Counted from the stretch's first letter, positions 1-13,045 are shown. The stretch is DNA of 64,000 nucleotides from Octopus sinensis (GCF_006345805.1 NC_043001.1:127224001-127288000); one strand, 5' to 3'. The notes: a model not told the origin generated them from the sequence alone. Numbers and translations are program-made.

Positions 1-492
1 ACATTTTAATAATCACATTTTTATGTTTCATAGCTATACAAATGGTGCTGTTGGGGACGAGCAGGAGGAGGGGGTGAAGGAGGAGGGCGCCGGTAACGAT
101 GATTGAGTTGTAAAAGTAAGAGAAGACCAGAAATTTTGATGTACGAAATAGTGAACGGACGACAAGAAGTACAGTCCGCTTCTTTTTCAATCTCGCACTT
201 CTAAAGATTTTTCTAAAATTTAATTTTTCGATACATACATATATTTCTAGCCATACTTAATGACAATTACGATTTTCCTTTTTGGTAGCACATTGCACAC
301 GGCTATCTATATTAATATATATATATATATATATAGTAATGACTTTTGCCAATGAAACGTGGCAGTCCCAGAATGGGACGAATGTTACTGTCATTTAGCC
401 CTATATATATATATACATATATATACCGTTAGGTGAAGAGATATTTTCCAGTGCCTTAAAATTTAATATTTAATAATTAATATTTGAGAAAT

Positions 493-578
493 CCCACGCT
501 GAAGAGCCAAAAATTGTCGGGTAAGGTATAATTTTTTATTCTTTATACCGATCTAATTCCGAAACGCGCGTACGTGGG
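493..578 (+). ncRNA. Type I hammerhead ribozyme motif (Penelope-like/retrozyme type) with long stem II insert
   Basis: CCCACG-CTGAAGA-(55 nt: G...C closing pair, internal GGTATAA/TTATACC hairpin)-GAAA-CGCGCG-TA-CGTGGG. Stem I is 6 bp, stem III is the palindrome ACGCGCGT, and the core nucleotides are intact. Confidence 0.7.
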
Positions 579-936
579 TAACCTAATATCGATTGATTTC
601 GTTATTTTTCCCTTTTGCCTGCGTAGATTGTTTTCAAGTACTTTGGTTTTTCTGAGAGCCCCTTTTAAAGTAGAAGGAATAGCTAAGATTTTTTGACTGC
701 TATTTCTAAACTTCGGTATGTGGTAAAGCAAATCGTTGCTGAACCCTAATTATAAAGTATTACTTAAGCTTACCATGAAATGGTCTTTTTCATGCCGAAT
801 TCTACTTGGTGAAATTACTGATTACTTCTAAATTAATTACTTTTACCCTTTGTTATTATAAATTTATATATATATATGTATGTTTGTATGTGTATGTGTG
901 TTTGCTTGCGCCCGCGCACACACACATGTACATGTG

Positions 937-973
<37 letters not shown>

Positions 974-1149
974 TGAAGCACAAACTTCACCATCGTATAT
1001 ATGTATTGAGAAATAGTAAAAGACAGACAGATAGACAAGACAAACTGACTGACAGTCACAGAAACCAAATTTTTAAAAAATTCACGCCACAAACTCACGA
1101 TGACATCAAAGTCTATGAGCGAACTACATAACTTAAATTGAATACTTAC

Positions 1150-1281
1150 AACCACAATTTTTTCGAGTAACGCCAGTTACCAGAGATCTGTGCATTCGGT
1201 ATTGTCATCGACCATTTTAGACCGTGCCCAGGCACAAAAGCAATGCTACCGTGGGGTTTTGTTAATTTATCTACGTACAGA
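1150..1281 (-). CDS. LBP/BPI: LBP/BPI-family gene, coding exon 3 (132 nt, phase 2-2)
   Basis: ttcttttcag acceptor and gtaagt donor. Encodes (N)LYVDKLTKPHGSIAFVPGHGLKWSMTIPNAQISGNWRYSKKLW, matching the BPI N-terminal barrel pattern. In frame with exon 2. Confidence 0.88.
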
Positions 1282-1393
1282 CTGAAAAGAAAAAGAACGA
1301 ACAAAATGAATTTTAGATTAATAAGTAGTGACATCTAAACAAATTATAGTGAATGGTAGTATGTATGTATGTATGTATGAGTATGTATGTATG

Positions 1394-1427
<34 letters not shown>

Positions 1428-1717
1428 TATATATATATATATATATTATATATTATATATATATATATGTATGTATGTATATATGTAGTATGTATGTGTA
1501 TAAAGTTTATGTATATATATATATATATAAACAACTTATAGCGTGCGTATTGTGATAAATCATATGGTAATGGACAATAGGTCCAATTTTCGGCATATTG
1601 GCATTAGAAATATTTTCGTTTCCCTTATTTATAAGTTGTTTATAATTTTTAACCTTTAATGGTATTTTTTAATATGCTGGCCATTGATATTTTTTTTCGA
1701 AAAAATTTTATCCTACT

Positions 1718-1762
<45 letters not shown>

Positions 1763-2089
1763 TAATATATATATATATATATACTTATCAAGCTAAAACA
1801 ATGCGAAGCGCATTGTGACCAGCGATATGTACCAAAATCTGATGATAGCCTGGTCAGTTACGGTAATCACAGTGATATTATATATATCAGTTCGTATATA
1901 TGAATATAGATAATATAGATAAATATAATATATATATATGATAATTAGTGTCATCTACTATATTCCCAGCCTAACCAATGTTTTGTGAGTAAATTTGTAT
2001 GTATGTAAGTATGTATGTATGTATGTATGTATGTATGTATGTATGTATGTATGTATGTATGTATGTATGTATGTATGTATGTATGTGCA

Positions 2090-4405
2090 GATTTGTAAGT
2101 TTTATGTATGTATTCTCATGTATAGAGTTGCATATATAGACATGCTCGTATATATTTAAATGATAAACTTCTGGATAGTTTTACAGGTTTTTACAGTTTC
2201 AGTGATGGATTGGATCTGTAGTCTTCGAATTAGCTTTCTCCTTTCTGGATTTGAGAAGAATAATTTCTCAATAATTACAGGTATAAACCTCGACTTGTAA
2301 TCTGCATAGAGTAACTGCAGATTTCTCAATTAGTTCAGCATAGGTGTTCTCTTTTTCACTGATCTTCAGCTTTATGTTAACATCGGCTGGGCAGTTAATT
2401 TCCACAACTGTGCACAGTTTCTCTTCGCTGTTCCAAATCATTATATCTGGTCTGCTGTGCTTACATTTTATTAAGGTCTTCACTGGTACATTCCACCAGC
2501 ATTCCTTGTTTTTATGAGTGGCTATGGCTTCTACCATGTTGTATGTTCTTATTTCTTTGTCTTCGGGATTATCCTTCCGGCGAATTTCATTATAGAATGC
2601 CCTCGCTACATTATACCGGTAGGTAATACCTTGATGACATTTTTGGACAACTGCTTATGATGTGGGTGATATGTTCAGTGTGATCTCCACAAAGCCTTCA
2701 TCGGTTGTCACACTTTACCTGCATCTCCAACACTTTTGTGCATCAGGTGCTTGGTTGATATTTCCTGTTCCTGGATTGAAAACGTATACCCTTCAAAGTG
2801 GGAGGTAGTAATCCGGCTATTGGTCTATGATAGACTGCTTTGATGATTGATGTTACTATCATCACGGTGCTTTCTAGTAACATATCCATGCATAGTCTTC
2901 TGCTCATATAGGCTCATCCTCTCATCTGCTGATCCGTTGTGGTAGAGTCGTGCGACTTCTTTGGGCATGTATTCTAGGTTATCAGACAAAGAGTGTTGCT
3001 CAAAGAGCTGCCTTCCAAGTGTTATGATGTTATCAGCCTCATGTATGCAAAGTTGGTCAAGGGATGTACTTCGACACTTGGTGGTTAAAAGATGTTGCCG
3101 AAGGGATATGATGCGACATTCAAAGGCATTTTGGATCGTTGTTGTGCCTCTCCCTCCTTGTTTTCGTTTTAGGTGGAGGCAGTCTACGTCACTGTTTATG
3201 TGGAAATTATGTGTGATTGTTAGTATTTTTCGGGTTTTCACATCAATGGATAGGATCTCATTAAGCGCCAATCAAGCAGCCCAAATGCTAGTATGAGTTC
3301 TGATACTGCAAACACATTGTGGGCCACTGCTTTAGTAAATGTAGAGAGTTTTGAGGTCCAAATTTTCGGCTGTAATATTCTTTAGTGACACGTGTTTTGT
3401 TACAGGTGTAAGATATATTTTCATCCAACCCTACATACCTGTAACATTCCTTGTTAGATGCAGGGGAAACAGTCAAATCATAAATGGAGATGTTACTAGT
3501 CCAGTTTATAGTTTTCCCCCTTTTCACAACCATATAACAACATTTATCCTGACCAAACTCCAACCCTACATCCTTTGAGAATGTTGTAACTAGGTCAAGA
3601 CTCTTTTTTTAGCTCATGCGTATTCTTTGCATAAAGTTTTAAGTCAACCACAAAGAAACAGTGCGTAATTTTGGTATTTCTGTTTCCTTGTGAACCAGTA
3701 AGATATCTTTCAGACTTCCTTAACATGAATGCCAAGGGGTTTACGGAAAGTATAAACAACACCACAGAGAGGTTGTCTTCTTGAAATATGCCTTTGCAAT
3801 ACTGTATTCTATCGATGCTAATACAGTCACTCTTTTTCTTTAATTTCAAGATGGTGGCCAACGATGAAGTCAGGTAAGGTATGGCTTTGATTATTCTCAC
3901 TGGAACCTTAGCAAGTTGAAGGGCTTCCTGCATCCATGAGTGGGGAACAGAGTCAAAGGCCTTCTTGCAATCTAGCCATATTGAAACTAAGTTCCTCCTA
4001 TGCTCTCGCACCTGTGACATCACAGTTTTGTTGATTAGCAATTGCTCAGCACATCCACAGACTACCTTCTTCCCATCTGCTTGTTCTTCTGTGATAATGT
4101 TATTGGTTTCACAATGGTCCTGGTGGAAGAGGTTTAAACATGTTGTATATATCTTATACATTAAGTTCTGGCATGCAATTGGCCGGTAGTCTTTTGCCAT
4201 GTAGGTGGTTCTGCATTTGGGGATCAATTTTGTTTCTGCCAGAGCTAACCAGTGTGATATGCTACTGTTCTCAATGAAAGCTTGCTGATACAGATTGATA
4301 AGATATGGTCGGTAGAATGTTAGCTTGTTGTACCAATATCCAACAATCAAGTCTCTTCCAGGTGCTTTTCTATCCTGGATATTCTGGATCACAGTTGCAA
4401 GAGTA
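2090..4405 (-). mobile_element. R4/Dong-like RLE non-LTR retrotransposon, degenerate and 5'-truncated, (CATA)n-flanked family
   Basis: ORF pieces 3595-4509 (RT: DYRPIAC, KKAFDSVPH, FFVVDLKLY), 3288-3563, 2825-3271 and 2268-2537 (RLE: RPDI...VVEI). The 3' end runs into (CATA)n on the sense strand (1997-2086). Confidence 0.85.
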
Positions 4406-4915
4406 CCAATTGAATAGTGGGGCAGATGTAATCGACTCATCCCCTCTCGCGAAATTGCTAGCTTTGTGCCAAAATTCGAAACCAATATTATATCATGGCG
4501 GAATAACAAAGTCGTTAGAATCCTTAGAGCTTCGGACGTAATACCTTGTATTTATTTAGTGTCCTTTAGGGGTCGAGTTCAATCGATTAAATATGCCTTG
4601 GTATTTGATCGGTATCCGTTTATCGATTCAAGTGTGATAAAGAAAAAGTTGACCATAACAGAATTTGATTTCTGACTCGCACAGGAATAGGATTAGTTAT
4701 AATGCTGTATTTGGCCAGTCGTCCCATAAATTCTATCATTCCAATGCCTTAATTATTCCAACGTCCCGTATAAGACCAAACAGCAGAATGTTAATAACAG
4801 TAAATGGAAAGAAAATAAAAGAAACTGCAAAACGTAACAAAGTTATGAGGCTGCTGTGAAATGTTCTGTTAAGTGATAACGAGAGTTATTTAATGATTGT
4901 GCAATATATATATAT

Positions 4916-5291
4916 GGAGGCGCAATGGCCCAGTGGTTAGGGCAGCGGACTCGCGGTCATAGGATCGCGGTTTCGATTCCCAGACCGGGCGTTGTGAGTG
5001 TTTATTGAGCGAAAACACCCAAAGCTCCACGAGGCTCCGGCAGGGATGGTGGTGATCCCTGCTGTACTCTCAACTTTGTCTCACTCTTACTTCCTGTTTC
5101 TGTTGTACCTGTATTTCAAGGGGCCGGCCTTGTCACTCTCTGTGTCACGCTGAATATCCCCGAGAACTACGTTAAGGGTGCACGTGTCTGTGGAGTGCTC
5201 AGCCACTTACACGTTAATTTCACGAGCAGGCTGTTCCGTTGATTCGGATCAACCGGAACCCTCATCGTCGTAACCGACGGAGTGCTTCCCC
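4916..5291 (+). mobile_element. tRNA-derived SINE, head 1 + tail X (OR-like)
   Basis: A box TGGCCCAGTGG and B box GGTTTCGATTCC. Near-identical copies at 42285, 54722 and 61707. Confidence 0.9.
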
Positions 5292-5589
5292 ATATATATA
5301 TATATATATATATATACACAAATATCATATCATATCATATCTGATGTCTTATATGTACACTTTTTACACCCATCACACGTACGCAATGTGTCCCAGAAAA
5401 TTGACCTGCATCTATAAACACGAGGTCAGCGTTTACATTACTGGAAAGTGATGGGTGAAGAAAAGGTCAATGAAAATTGAAGAACATTTTATAAACTTGT
5501 GCTCGGTAATAAAATATTACACCATCTCTAAATTATAAACACGATAAGAATATAAGATCACTTGAACCAAAGATGGAAGTATTCTATTC

Positions 5590-5940
5590 TATTCATATCA
5601 GTTAACAGAAATGTTTCTTCTACATGAAGTTAAGACGACCAAATCATTTCATAAACTTCGAACACTAGCTGGCCGTATTCGTGCTACATACAGAGAAGCG
5701 TGTTTCAAGCCAAGCCTATCGCATAATGCTCATTGGAAAACAACAACGACGGAAGCTTTTGTTTCACAACCACCTTTGAAACTGAAAAGCTTCCTGGCAA
5801 TTCAGTTGAAAGCATGCAGATCGTTATCTCCCAACGATCTGTGGAAAGCTATTTGACAATTATACATAAGAGGCCTGTCAGAGGATTATAATGATCAAGT
5901 ATATATAAACCTAAATAATATATTTAATTTTAGATACCCT
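5590..5940 (+). mobile_element. Helitron Rep/helicase coding fragment, degenerate
   Basis: ORF 5611-5856 LLHEVK..KSFHKLRT..GRIRATYREAC...HW.TT.TEA.VSQPPLKL....P.DLW resembles the Helitron region between Rep and helicase. Recognised by eye. Confidence 0.65.
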
Positions 5941-6049
5941 GTACCTGAAAACAAGAGGTTATAGGCAAAGCTGAAACACCTCTGCTCAGCTAAACGACGA
6001 TACCGATAGCATATAAGCCACAATGATGTTACAATGAATTAAAGCTTAC

Positions 6050-6149
6050 TTTGTCAAGCTGTAGTAAGTGTCGCCAGTGTGTACGATGTTTGGAATTTTT
6101 CGTATTGATTTGAATTGTTCATGAAGTTGTGTGAATCCAATAGTGGAAG
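6050..6149 (-). CDS. LBP/BPI: LBP/BPI-family gene, coding exon 2 (100 nt, phase 1-2)
   Basis: tttttgtgttttcttttggcag acceptor and gtaagc donor. Encodes (A)STIGFTQLHEQFKSIRKIPNIVHTGDTYYSLT(N). Joins exons 1 and 3 in frame. Not present in the ORF track. Confidence 0.85.
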
Positions 6150-6189
6150 CTGCCAAAAGAAAACACAAAAATCAGAGTATTATAATAGA

Positions 6190-6585
6190 CTAGCAGTATC
6201 GCCCGGCGTTGCTCGGGTTTGTAAGGGAAATAACTATATAAGAATTTTTAGAGAGTTATAACCAGAAAATAGCAAAAAATGCATTAAAAATGGAAAAAAA
6301 TTATGGTAAATTTTTTTTTAAATCGTTGACTCATCGTAGACATTTTTAGAGAGTTACTTCCCTTATATAATAGCGAAAAAATGCATTAAAATGGAAAAAA
6401 ATGATGGTAAATTTTTTTTAAATCGTAACTCATCGTAGACGCGCGCTAATACCCAGAAGGGCTCGATATGAATCACGACTATAAGATACCCGGTTTTGGT
6501 TAAACTGCACCGCAAAATGTGGGAGTAGTTAGGAATCTAAATCGTAGGAGACAGATACTCACACAACTTCACTTTTATATATAAA
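6190..6585 (-). mobile_element. Non-autonomous Helitron
   Basis: The 3' end is the hairpin CCCGAGCAACGCCGGG followed by CTAG|T. The 5' end is A|TTTATATATAAAAG (TC-type start, mutated). It contains an internal ~95-bp direct repeat. Confidence 0.8.
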
Positions 6586-6959
6586 TATGTATGATACTGT
6601 AGTCGGCATGAAGTTATGTTTATAGATGTAGGAAAAAATAATCACCGGGAGCCCCTCCAAAGATTTTAATCTTTCCGCAATGCATAAATTCGGTTGCTGT
6701 TGTGGTGATGGTTGCTTCTGCTACTACTGCAACTATTGCAGTTGCTGTTGTTGTTTTGCTTCAGGTTATCCATAAATCTGAGAAGGTATGTCAATAAGGG
6801 CGTTCCATTCATAACCATCTCATCTAGGACTACAATTTTCATTGCGTCTTTCATTTTTTTTTACAATAAGGTGTGAATTTGAGAAATATTTGGGAAAATA
6901 CAAACATTTCTCACGTCCCGAAGGATTTCACCACCCTCCCATAATTCAAAGATTAACTA

Positions 6960-8560
6960 CCGTAGACCTCTAATGACATTGTCTTCTCTTTTTTTCGCAA
7001 TTCCACAAGAATCCCATCCACTCCTGACACCTTTCTATCTGAGAATGACCTGTCTTGTTACCGCCAACGTCTCTACGCAATGTAATGTGCTGCGTTACAC
7101 TTTCCAAAGTTTCCCGTTTAAGGTGTCTTGGTACACGGAACATTTAGTGAAGTGCTCTGTAAAGCAGTCGAGCACTTGACCTTTTTTTCCTGAAACATTG
7201 TTGAGCCATCAGCTGACTTCACCTAATTGTTACTCCTTATCTGAGGTCCGCACACAGCTTTCAGACCAGAATAGAAGCGGCAAATGTTATAGAAATCAGC
7301 CACAGTTTGTAGCTTGATCGCCACTTTGCTTTCCAAACACTCCAGCTTTCTCTTGCAAGTCTACTTGCGGTTTCTCCAAATTTAGCAAAGCTTAATCGAG
7401 ATTTTTTCAACCCGAAGATATTTCTTGTGAGCTTGGTTATGTTGCTCTAATATTTAAGCAAGAGCGTTATCCATGCAAACAAACCAGTCACAGTTTTGTT
7501 GGGTTACCAGGCAGAACCTCAGTTGCGCTATACAATGTTGTGCGAAATAGCGACCATCTTACAATCAAATTGCTTCGCCTTTGTTATTTCTCATGAGTGC
7601 AGAACTTCGTCCTTATCTACTTCCAGAAATGATTTTCCATACTTATCCATCAACTTTCCAGTTCCCATTTTAATTCGCTTGAACGGTCCAGTTTTATTCC
7701 ATTTGGAGACAACTGGGAGGGTTATCTTAGTATTTGATGATTTATAATAATTTTTATAACAATTTGCCACTCTCAACATCCATGTAAGCTTACATCCCTC
7801 GTGCTCAGCTACTTAGTTACGCGGTGTAGCCTACACAACGTCAATGCTTTGACTACAAACATATCCGGGCCACTTTCCGTTATTCTTTGAGTTTCAAGAT
7901 GGTGTTGGTAAAGATGAACTCCTGCTCGAAGCAAAAAGTGAGGAAAAAGTTTTCCCTTTGAATTGCACCTCAACACACCACCTTTTTTATCAACACTCAC
8001 CCACTTTCCCGCTTCTTCTCTCGTGATAATTTTGAAATTACTCTTTAATACCAGCCTGCCTCTCTGGAGCATACTGTATATTGTAATTTGCAGATGATTG
8101 TAGGATTGTCCTTTTGCACCATTACGGTTAATTATTTTAGTGTCGTAAACACTGGCTCGTATGGTATAGCATCTCTTTTTGATAAGAACAAGAAAACTCA
8201 TTATCCGATCGTTCACAGCAGTTAGTTATTGGCCTATTTTGGTCATAATAATGATATTTTATGGCCAAGTTTTCTCTAGCACGTGTCTCTCTTTTGCTAG
8301 CTTCTCTGTTAAAATCATATCTGTCACATATCTACGACTGTCATATTCTAGCAGTCGGTTCTCGCAAAGAACTGCTATATAGATATTTTATTTTTCCAAC
8401 TATAGTACCGCAATTACAGTGTCTCTCACCAGTCTTTCCTATGTTTAGCAGTATTCTAACATTGCAATAGGTGAGATGCAAGTTCAAATTCTTGCATGCA
8501 AAGGAATTTTTGCCACAGCTCGGAGGCAATCACTGACAGTGCGATCCTTAGTAAACCAAG
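6960..8560 (-). mobile_element. RTE-clade LINE fragment (APE endonuclease plus linker), heavily decayed
   Basis: Manual translation gives FCFEQEFIFTNTI, DWFVCMDN, RFYSGLKAVCGPQ, VKSADGSTM and SGVDGILVE with many stops. Confidence 0.7.
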
Positions 8561-8776
8561 TGGCGACCAATCAAGTATATTTCTGCTTTTTCATTATTAC
8601 TTCACAGCAATGCTCGTAAAATGTTTAAGTGTTAATAACTTCTGCAGACACTAATAACACATGCACACATACGCACATACACATATACATACACTCTCTC
8701 TTTTTCTCTTTTTCTCTTTCTGTCTTTCTCACACGGTTCTTAGAGTATAATAAAAGCTTGTCTTGCCCTTTTGAGG

Positions 8777-8972
8777 TTACTCTCTCTCTCTTTTACTTGT
8801 TTCAGTCATTTGACTCCGGCCATGCTGGAGCACCGCCTTTAATCGAGCAACTCGACCCCGGGACTTATTCTTTTGTAAGCCCAGTACTTATTTTATCGGT
8901 ATCTTTTGCCGAACCGCTAAGTAACGGGGACATAAACACACCAGCATTGGTTGTCAAGCAATGCTAGGGGGA

Positions 8973-9008
<36 letters not shown>

Positions 9009-9173
9009 AACATATATACGACGGGCTTCTTTCAGTTTCCGTCTACCAAATCCACTCACAAGGCTTAGGTCGGCCTGAGGCTATAGTAGAAGACACTTGC
9101 CCAAGGTACCACACAGTGGGACTGAACCCGGAACCATGTGGTTGGTAAACAAGCTACTTACCACACAGCCACT
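8777..9173 (-). mobile_element. tRNA-derived SINE family C (internal TA/TG microsatellite, AAAAGAGT tail)
   Basis: Matches the copies at 22021, 46798, 58775 and 61065. Confidence 0.9.
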
Positions 9174-9535
9174 CAAAATTCTCTGTGAGTGAGACGACTC
9201 TGTGCAGCTGTTTGCATACTGACGATTTGGAACGGCTGAACAGACATTCAACTTGTTTTGGCACGATAGTACGTTCACTAGTGGTTATGGAGTGTTGCAC
9301 TCACGATCCTGCAAACGTGGTTGCGTTTCCCGAAACAGGTGGTGCGTTCTGTTTTTGAACAAAACACTGCATTTCACTCTCCTGTTAACGATTAATCTTG
9401 CGACAGACTGGTCTCGCGATCGGAGAGAATGTTGTGATTTGGGTCACTTATACTTCATAGAAACCGGGTACCCGGTGCTATGTGGAAGGTGTTTGTAAGC
9501 CATTTAAGAAACACACAAAACCCGTTCGATTCACT

Positions 9536-9693
9536 TTAACATTTAAGATTAATTTGTCAAAATATTTTCGTCGCTTTAAGACCGCGACCTGTTCACTGAC
9601 AAAAATCCGTGATGCAGCACGGATTTTTGTCAGTGAACAGGTCGCGGTCTTAAAGCGACGAAAATATTTTGACAAATTAAACTTAAATGTTAA
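9536..9693. repeat. 158-bp near-perfect palindrome (hairpin MITE)
   Basis: Arms 9536-9611 and 9618-9693 are 76 bp with 1 mismatch (9548/9681), separated by a 6-nt spacer. TTAA lies at both ends. Confidence 0.92.
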
Positions 9694-9811
9694 TTTCATA
9701 TTCAAACATTTAATCCCCACCAACTACTATGAAAAAATAATTATCTCTCTTGTGTGAATTGTCCACTAGGGGATTTTCACATGATTTTAAAACTTCTTTA
9801 CGTTGAATAAA

Positions 9812-9874
<63 letters not shown>

Positions 9875-10134
9875 GACAAAAAAAGAAGGAAAAAGAAAAC
9901 TATCCACAAAGATTATACAAGCGTGTCGTGAGATTTGCTTTACATTGGTTAAAGGGACATAACTCCTAAATGATATTTTGGAGTAGGTGACCTTCGGTTT
10001 TATTTTTAATTTTTTTTTTAAACAAATATAACTCAAAGAAATTGAGAAATGGGCTGTTTCGATAAAAAGTCAATCATTACTAATCACATAATTCATTAAA
10101 TAAGTTCTCTCGGATCATCTACTAATTATGTTTT

Positions 10135-10342
10135 AAAATTTTGGCACAAGGCCAGCAATTTTGATGGCAAGGTAAGTCGATTACATCGACTCCTGTGTTC
10201 AACTGGTACTTATTTTATCGACCCCGAAAGGGCAAAAGGCAACCTCGACCTCGGTGGAATTTGAACTCAGAACGTAAAGACGGACGAAATACCGCTAAGC
10301 ATTTCGCCCAGCGTGCTAGTGAGTCTGCCGGCTCGCCACCTT
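10135..10342 (-). mobile_element. tRNA-derived SINE family B
   Basis: GGCGAGC..GCAGA head, GAGTTCAAATTCC B box and GGGGTCGATAAAATAAGTACCAG core. Confidence 0.8.
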
Positions 10343-10786
10343 AGATCACTTATTAATTATGGCACGGGTTAATTACTTCTTGTTTGAAATTTTTTTATAG
10401 TAATTATATTTGCATGTTTAAGGTAACGAGCTGACAGATCCGTTACCACGTCGGATGAAATGTTTAGCAGCATTTTTTCCAGCCTTACGTTTTAAGTTCA
10501 AATACCTTCCTTCGATCTTGATAAATAAGTATCGCTTGATGCGTATCCTTATAAGGATGTAAGTATGTATATCTTTATAAATATACACATCATAGAAGAA
10601 CAGAATCGATTAAGTGGAGTAGGAGCACACACGAGGACGGAAGTGTTAGTGAAGAGGTCACAGATGTGTGACAAAAGATTTCTGGACAATGGACATGTGT
10701 TAGAATAAAAGAAAAACAGTAATAAACGACTGAAGAACGAATATATAGTGCGTGTGTTTTTTGGCAAAAAAAAGACCATCCCGAAA

Positions 10787-10962
10787 TATGTATGTATGTG
10801 TGTATGTATGTATGTATGTATTTATGTATGTATGTATGTATGTTTGCATGTATGTATGTATGTATGTATGTATGTATGTATGTATGTATGTATGTATGTA
10901 TGTATGCATGTATGTATGTATGTATGTTTGCATGTATGCATGTATGTATGTATGTATGTATG

Positions 10963-10993
<31 letters not shown>

Positions 10994-11004
10994 TTATATG
11001 TATG

Positions 11005-11035
<31 letters not shown>

Positions 11036-11036
11036 T

Positions 11037-11068
<32 letters not shown>

Positions 11069-11140
11069 TGTATGTATGTATGTATGTTTGCATGCATGCA
11101 TGTATGTATGTATTTATATGTATATATGTATGTATGTATT

Positions 11141-11172
<32 letters not shown>

Positions 11173-11503
11173 TTTATATGTAGTATGTATGTATGTATGT
11201 ATGTATATATGTGTGTATGTATGTATGTATGTATGTATGTATATATGTGTGTATGTATGTATGTATGTATGTATGTATGTATGTATGAATGTATGCATGT
11301 ATATATGTATGTATGCATGCATGCATGCATGCATGTATATATGTATGTATGTATTTATATGTATGTATGTATATATGTATGTATGTATGTGTGTATGTAT
11401 GTATGTATGTTTGCATGCATGCATGTATGTATATATGTTTGTATGTATTTATGTATATGTATGTATTTATGTATGCATGCATGTATATATGTATGTATGT
11501 ATT

Positions 11504-11535
<32 letters not shown>

Positions 11536-11552
11536 TGTATGTATGTATGTAT
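10787..11552. repeat. (TATG)n microsatellite, ~765 bp
   Basis: Direct reading. It explains the YVCM/HTYI pseudo-ORFs. Confidence 0.97.
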
Positions 11553-11689
11553 AGCTATTGTTCCCAACAGAACGTGTGCAACCTGTGGAAAGGTGTGCCC
11601 GTAAGTTGGAGGATTGAAAAGGGAAGTCAAAAGAGTTCATACTGTGACACCTGTTCCTTCTGTCAGTCAGCACAGCTGTGCGTTATGTA

Positions 11690-11998
11690 ATCATCACCAT
11701 CACGTGACCGACCAGTCCATCAGATGTAGTTACACATCGCTGGTCACAATGCGTTCGCATTGTTTTAGCCTTCGAATGACGCCACCCCGCTGGCTAAGCG
11801 AGCAGGCCAACAGAAGAAAGAGTGGGAGAAAGAGTGGTGAAAGAGTACAGCAGGGATCACCACCATCCCCTGCCGGAGCCTCGTGGAGCTTTTAGGTGTT
11901 TTCGCTCAATAAACACTCACAACGCCCGGTCTGGGAATCGAAACCGCGATCCTACGACCGCGAGTCCGCTGCCCTAACCACTAGGCCATTGCGCCTCT
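11690..11998 (-). mobile_element. tRNA-derived SINE, head 1 + tail Y
   Basis: Shares ~170 nt of head with the 4916 copy but has a different tail (GGCTAAAACAATGCGAACGCATTGTGACCAGCG...CACGTGAT). Probable 12-bp TSD GC(G/A)TTATGTAAT. Confidence 0.88.
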
Positions 11999-12852
11999 AC
12001 GCATTATGTAATAGAATGTGCAAAACTTTCGCTGGGACCAAGAATGATACCAGTGCTTCACATTGCATCAATATTGACTCATTCTAATGATTTTTTCTAG
12101 CAATAGCTTTGCTCGTATACGAGAAAGCAGCTACGGGAGATGTATGTATGTATGTATGTATGTATGTATGTATGTATGTATGTATGTATGTATGTATGTA
12201 TGTATTTATGTATGTTTGTATGTATGTATGTATGTATGTATGTATGTATGTATGTACGTATGTATGTATGTGTGTATGTATGTAAAGGGAAAGTTTACGA
12301 AAATAAACAAAAGACGAAGGCAGGTGGAGTACAAACAAACAAATGTATTAGTATAGCGCTCAGGAATAGAAATAGAAAAAAAGTCTTTTACTTTTCGAGC
12401 CTACGCTCTTCGATAGAAAGATACACAGAAAAAAACAAGGAGAGAAACAAGGAGAGAGAAAAAAGGAGAGAAAAAATTGCGTGTAGGAGCTAACGATCTA
12501 TCATGGCGTCCTGTATGTATGTATGTATGTATGTATGTATGTATGTGTGTATGTATGTGTGTGTGTATGTGTGTGTGTATGTGTGTGTGTGTGTGTATAA
12601 AATGTTTGTTTTCATATCGTGTTATAAAAACAATTTTACATTAACCTCAAAGATTTCTCGGGGCAATTTGATGAGGGCCAAGTAAACCGAAACTTCAAAG
12701 TCTCTGTCAACACAATTTTTGTTAAAGTAGTGTGTGTGTGTGTGTGTGTAATTTATGCATGTATGCCATAAGTGTGTGCATGTATGTAAGCGTGTGTGCG
12801 CGTTTGTATGTGTGCGTGTGTGTGTGCATGTGCATGTGTGTGTGTGTGTGTG

Positions 12853-12885
<33 letters not shown>

Positions 12886-13045
12886 CAGTCGCGAATTGAT
12901 GGAGTCGTGAGAGCATCGGATAGTATGCCTTGATGTACTCATACTGACTCTCTGCGTCCTGAGTTCAAATCCTACCGTCGTTTATCTTTCATCCTTTTTG
13001 GAATCAGATTATACTCCGTTACTAAGATTCTTCCTCCTTCTTCCT

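Noticed and set aside
34-106. Plus-strand acidic terminal exon YTNGAVGDEQEEGVKEEGAGNDD*
   Set aside because: It is low-complexity GA-rich sequence antisense in a BPI intron, with no homology recognised and no partner exons.
4916-4990. tRNA genes at the SINE heads
   Set aside because: A and B boxes are present, but there is no proper acceptor stem and each runs into a SINE body with TSDs.
6960-8240. Viral SF3 helicase or Rep-like protein in the minus-strand ORFs
   Set aside because: Another frame gives clear RTE LINE endonuclease and linker motifs.
10590-11690. Long ORFs of 240-270 aa (also 20067-20968, 31505-32139, 41322-42073, 49273-50059, 57096-57695)
   Set aside because: They are translations of (TATG)n, (CA)n, (GATA)n and (GAA)n microsatellites, which lack stops by construction.
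12383-12420. Hammerhead on the minus strand (GAGC-GTAG-GCTC-GAAA)
   Set aside because: The CUGANGA box and stem III are corrupted. At most it is a Penelope-type relic.
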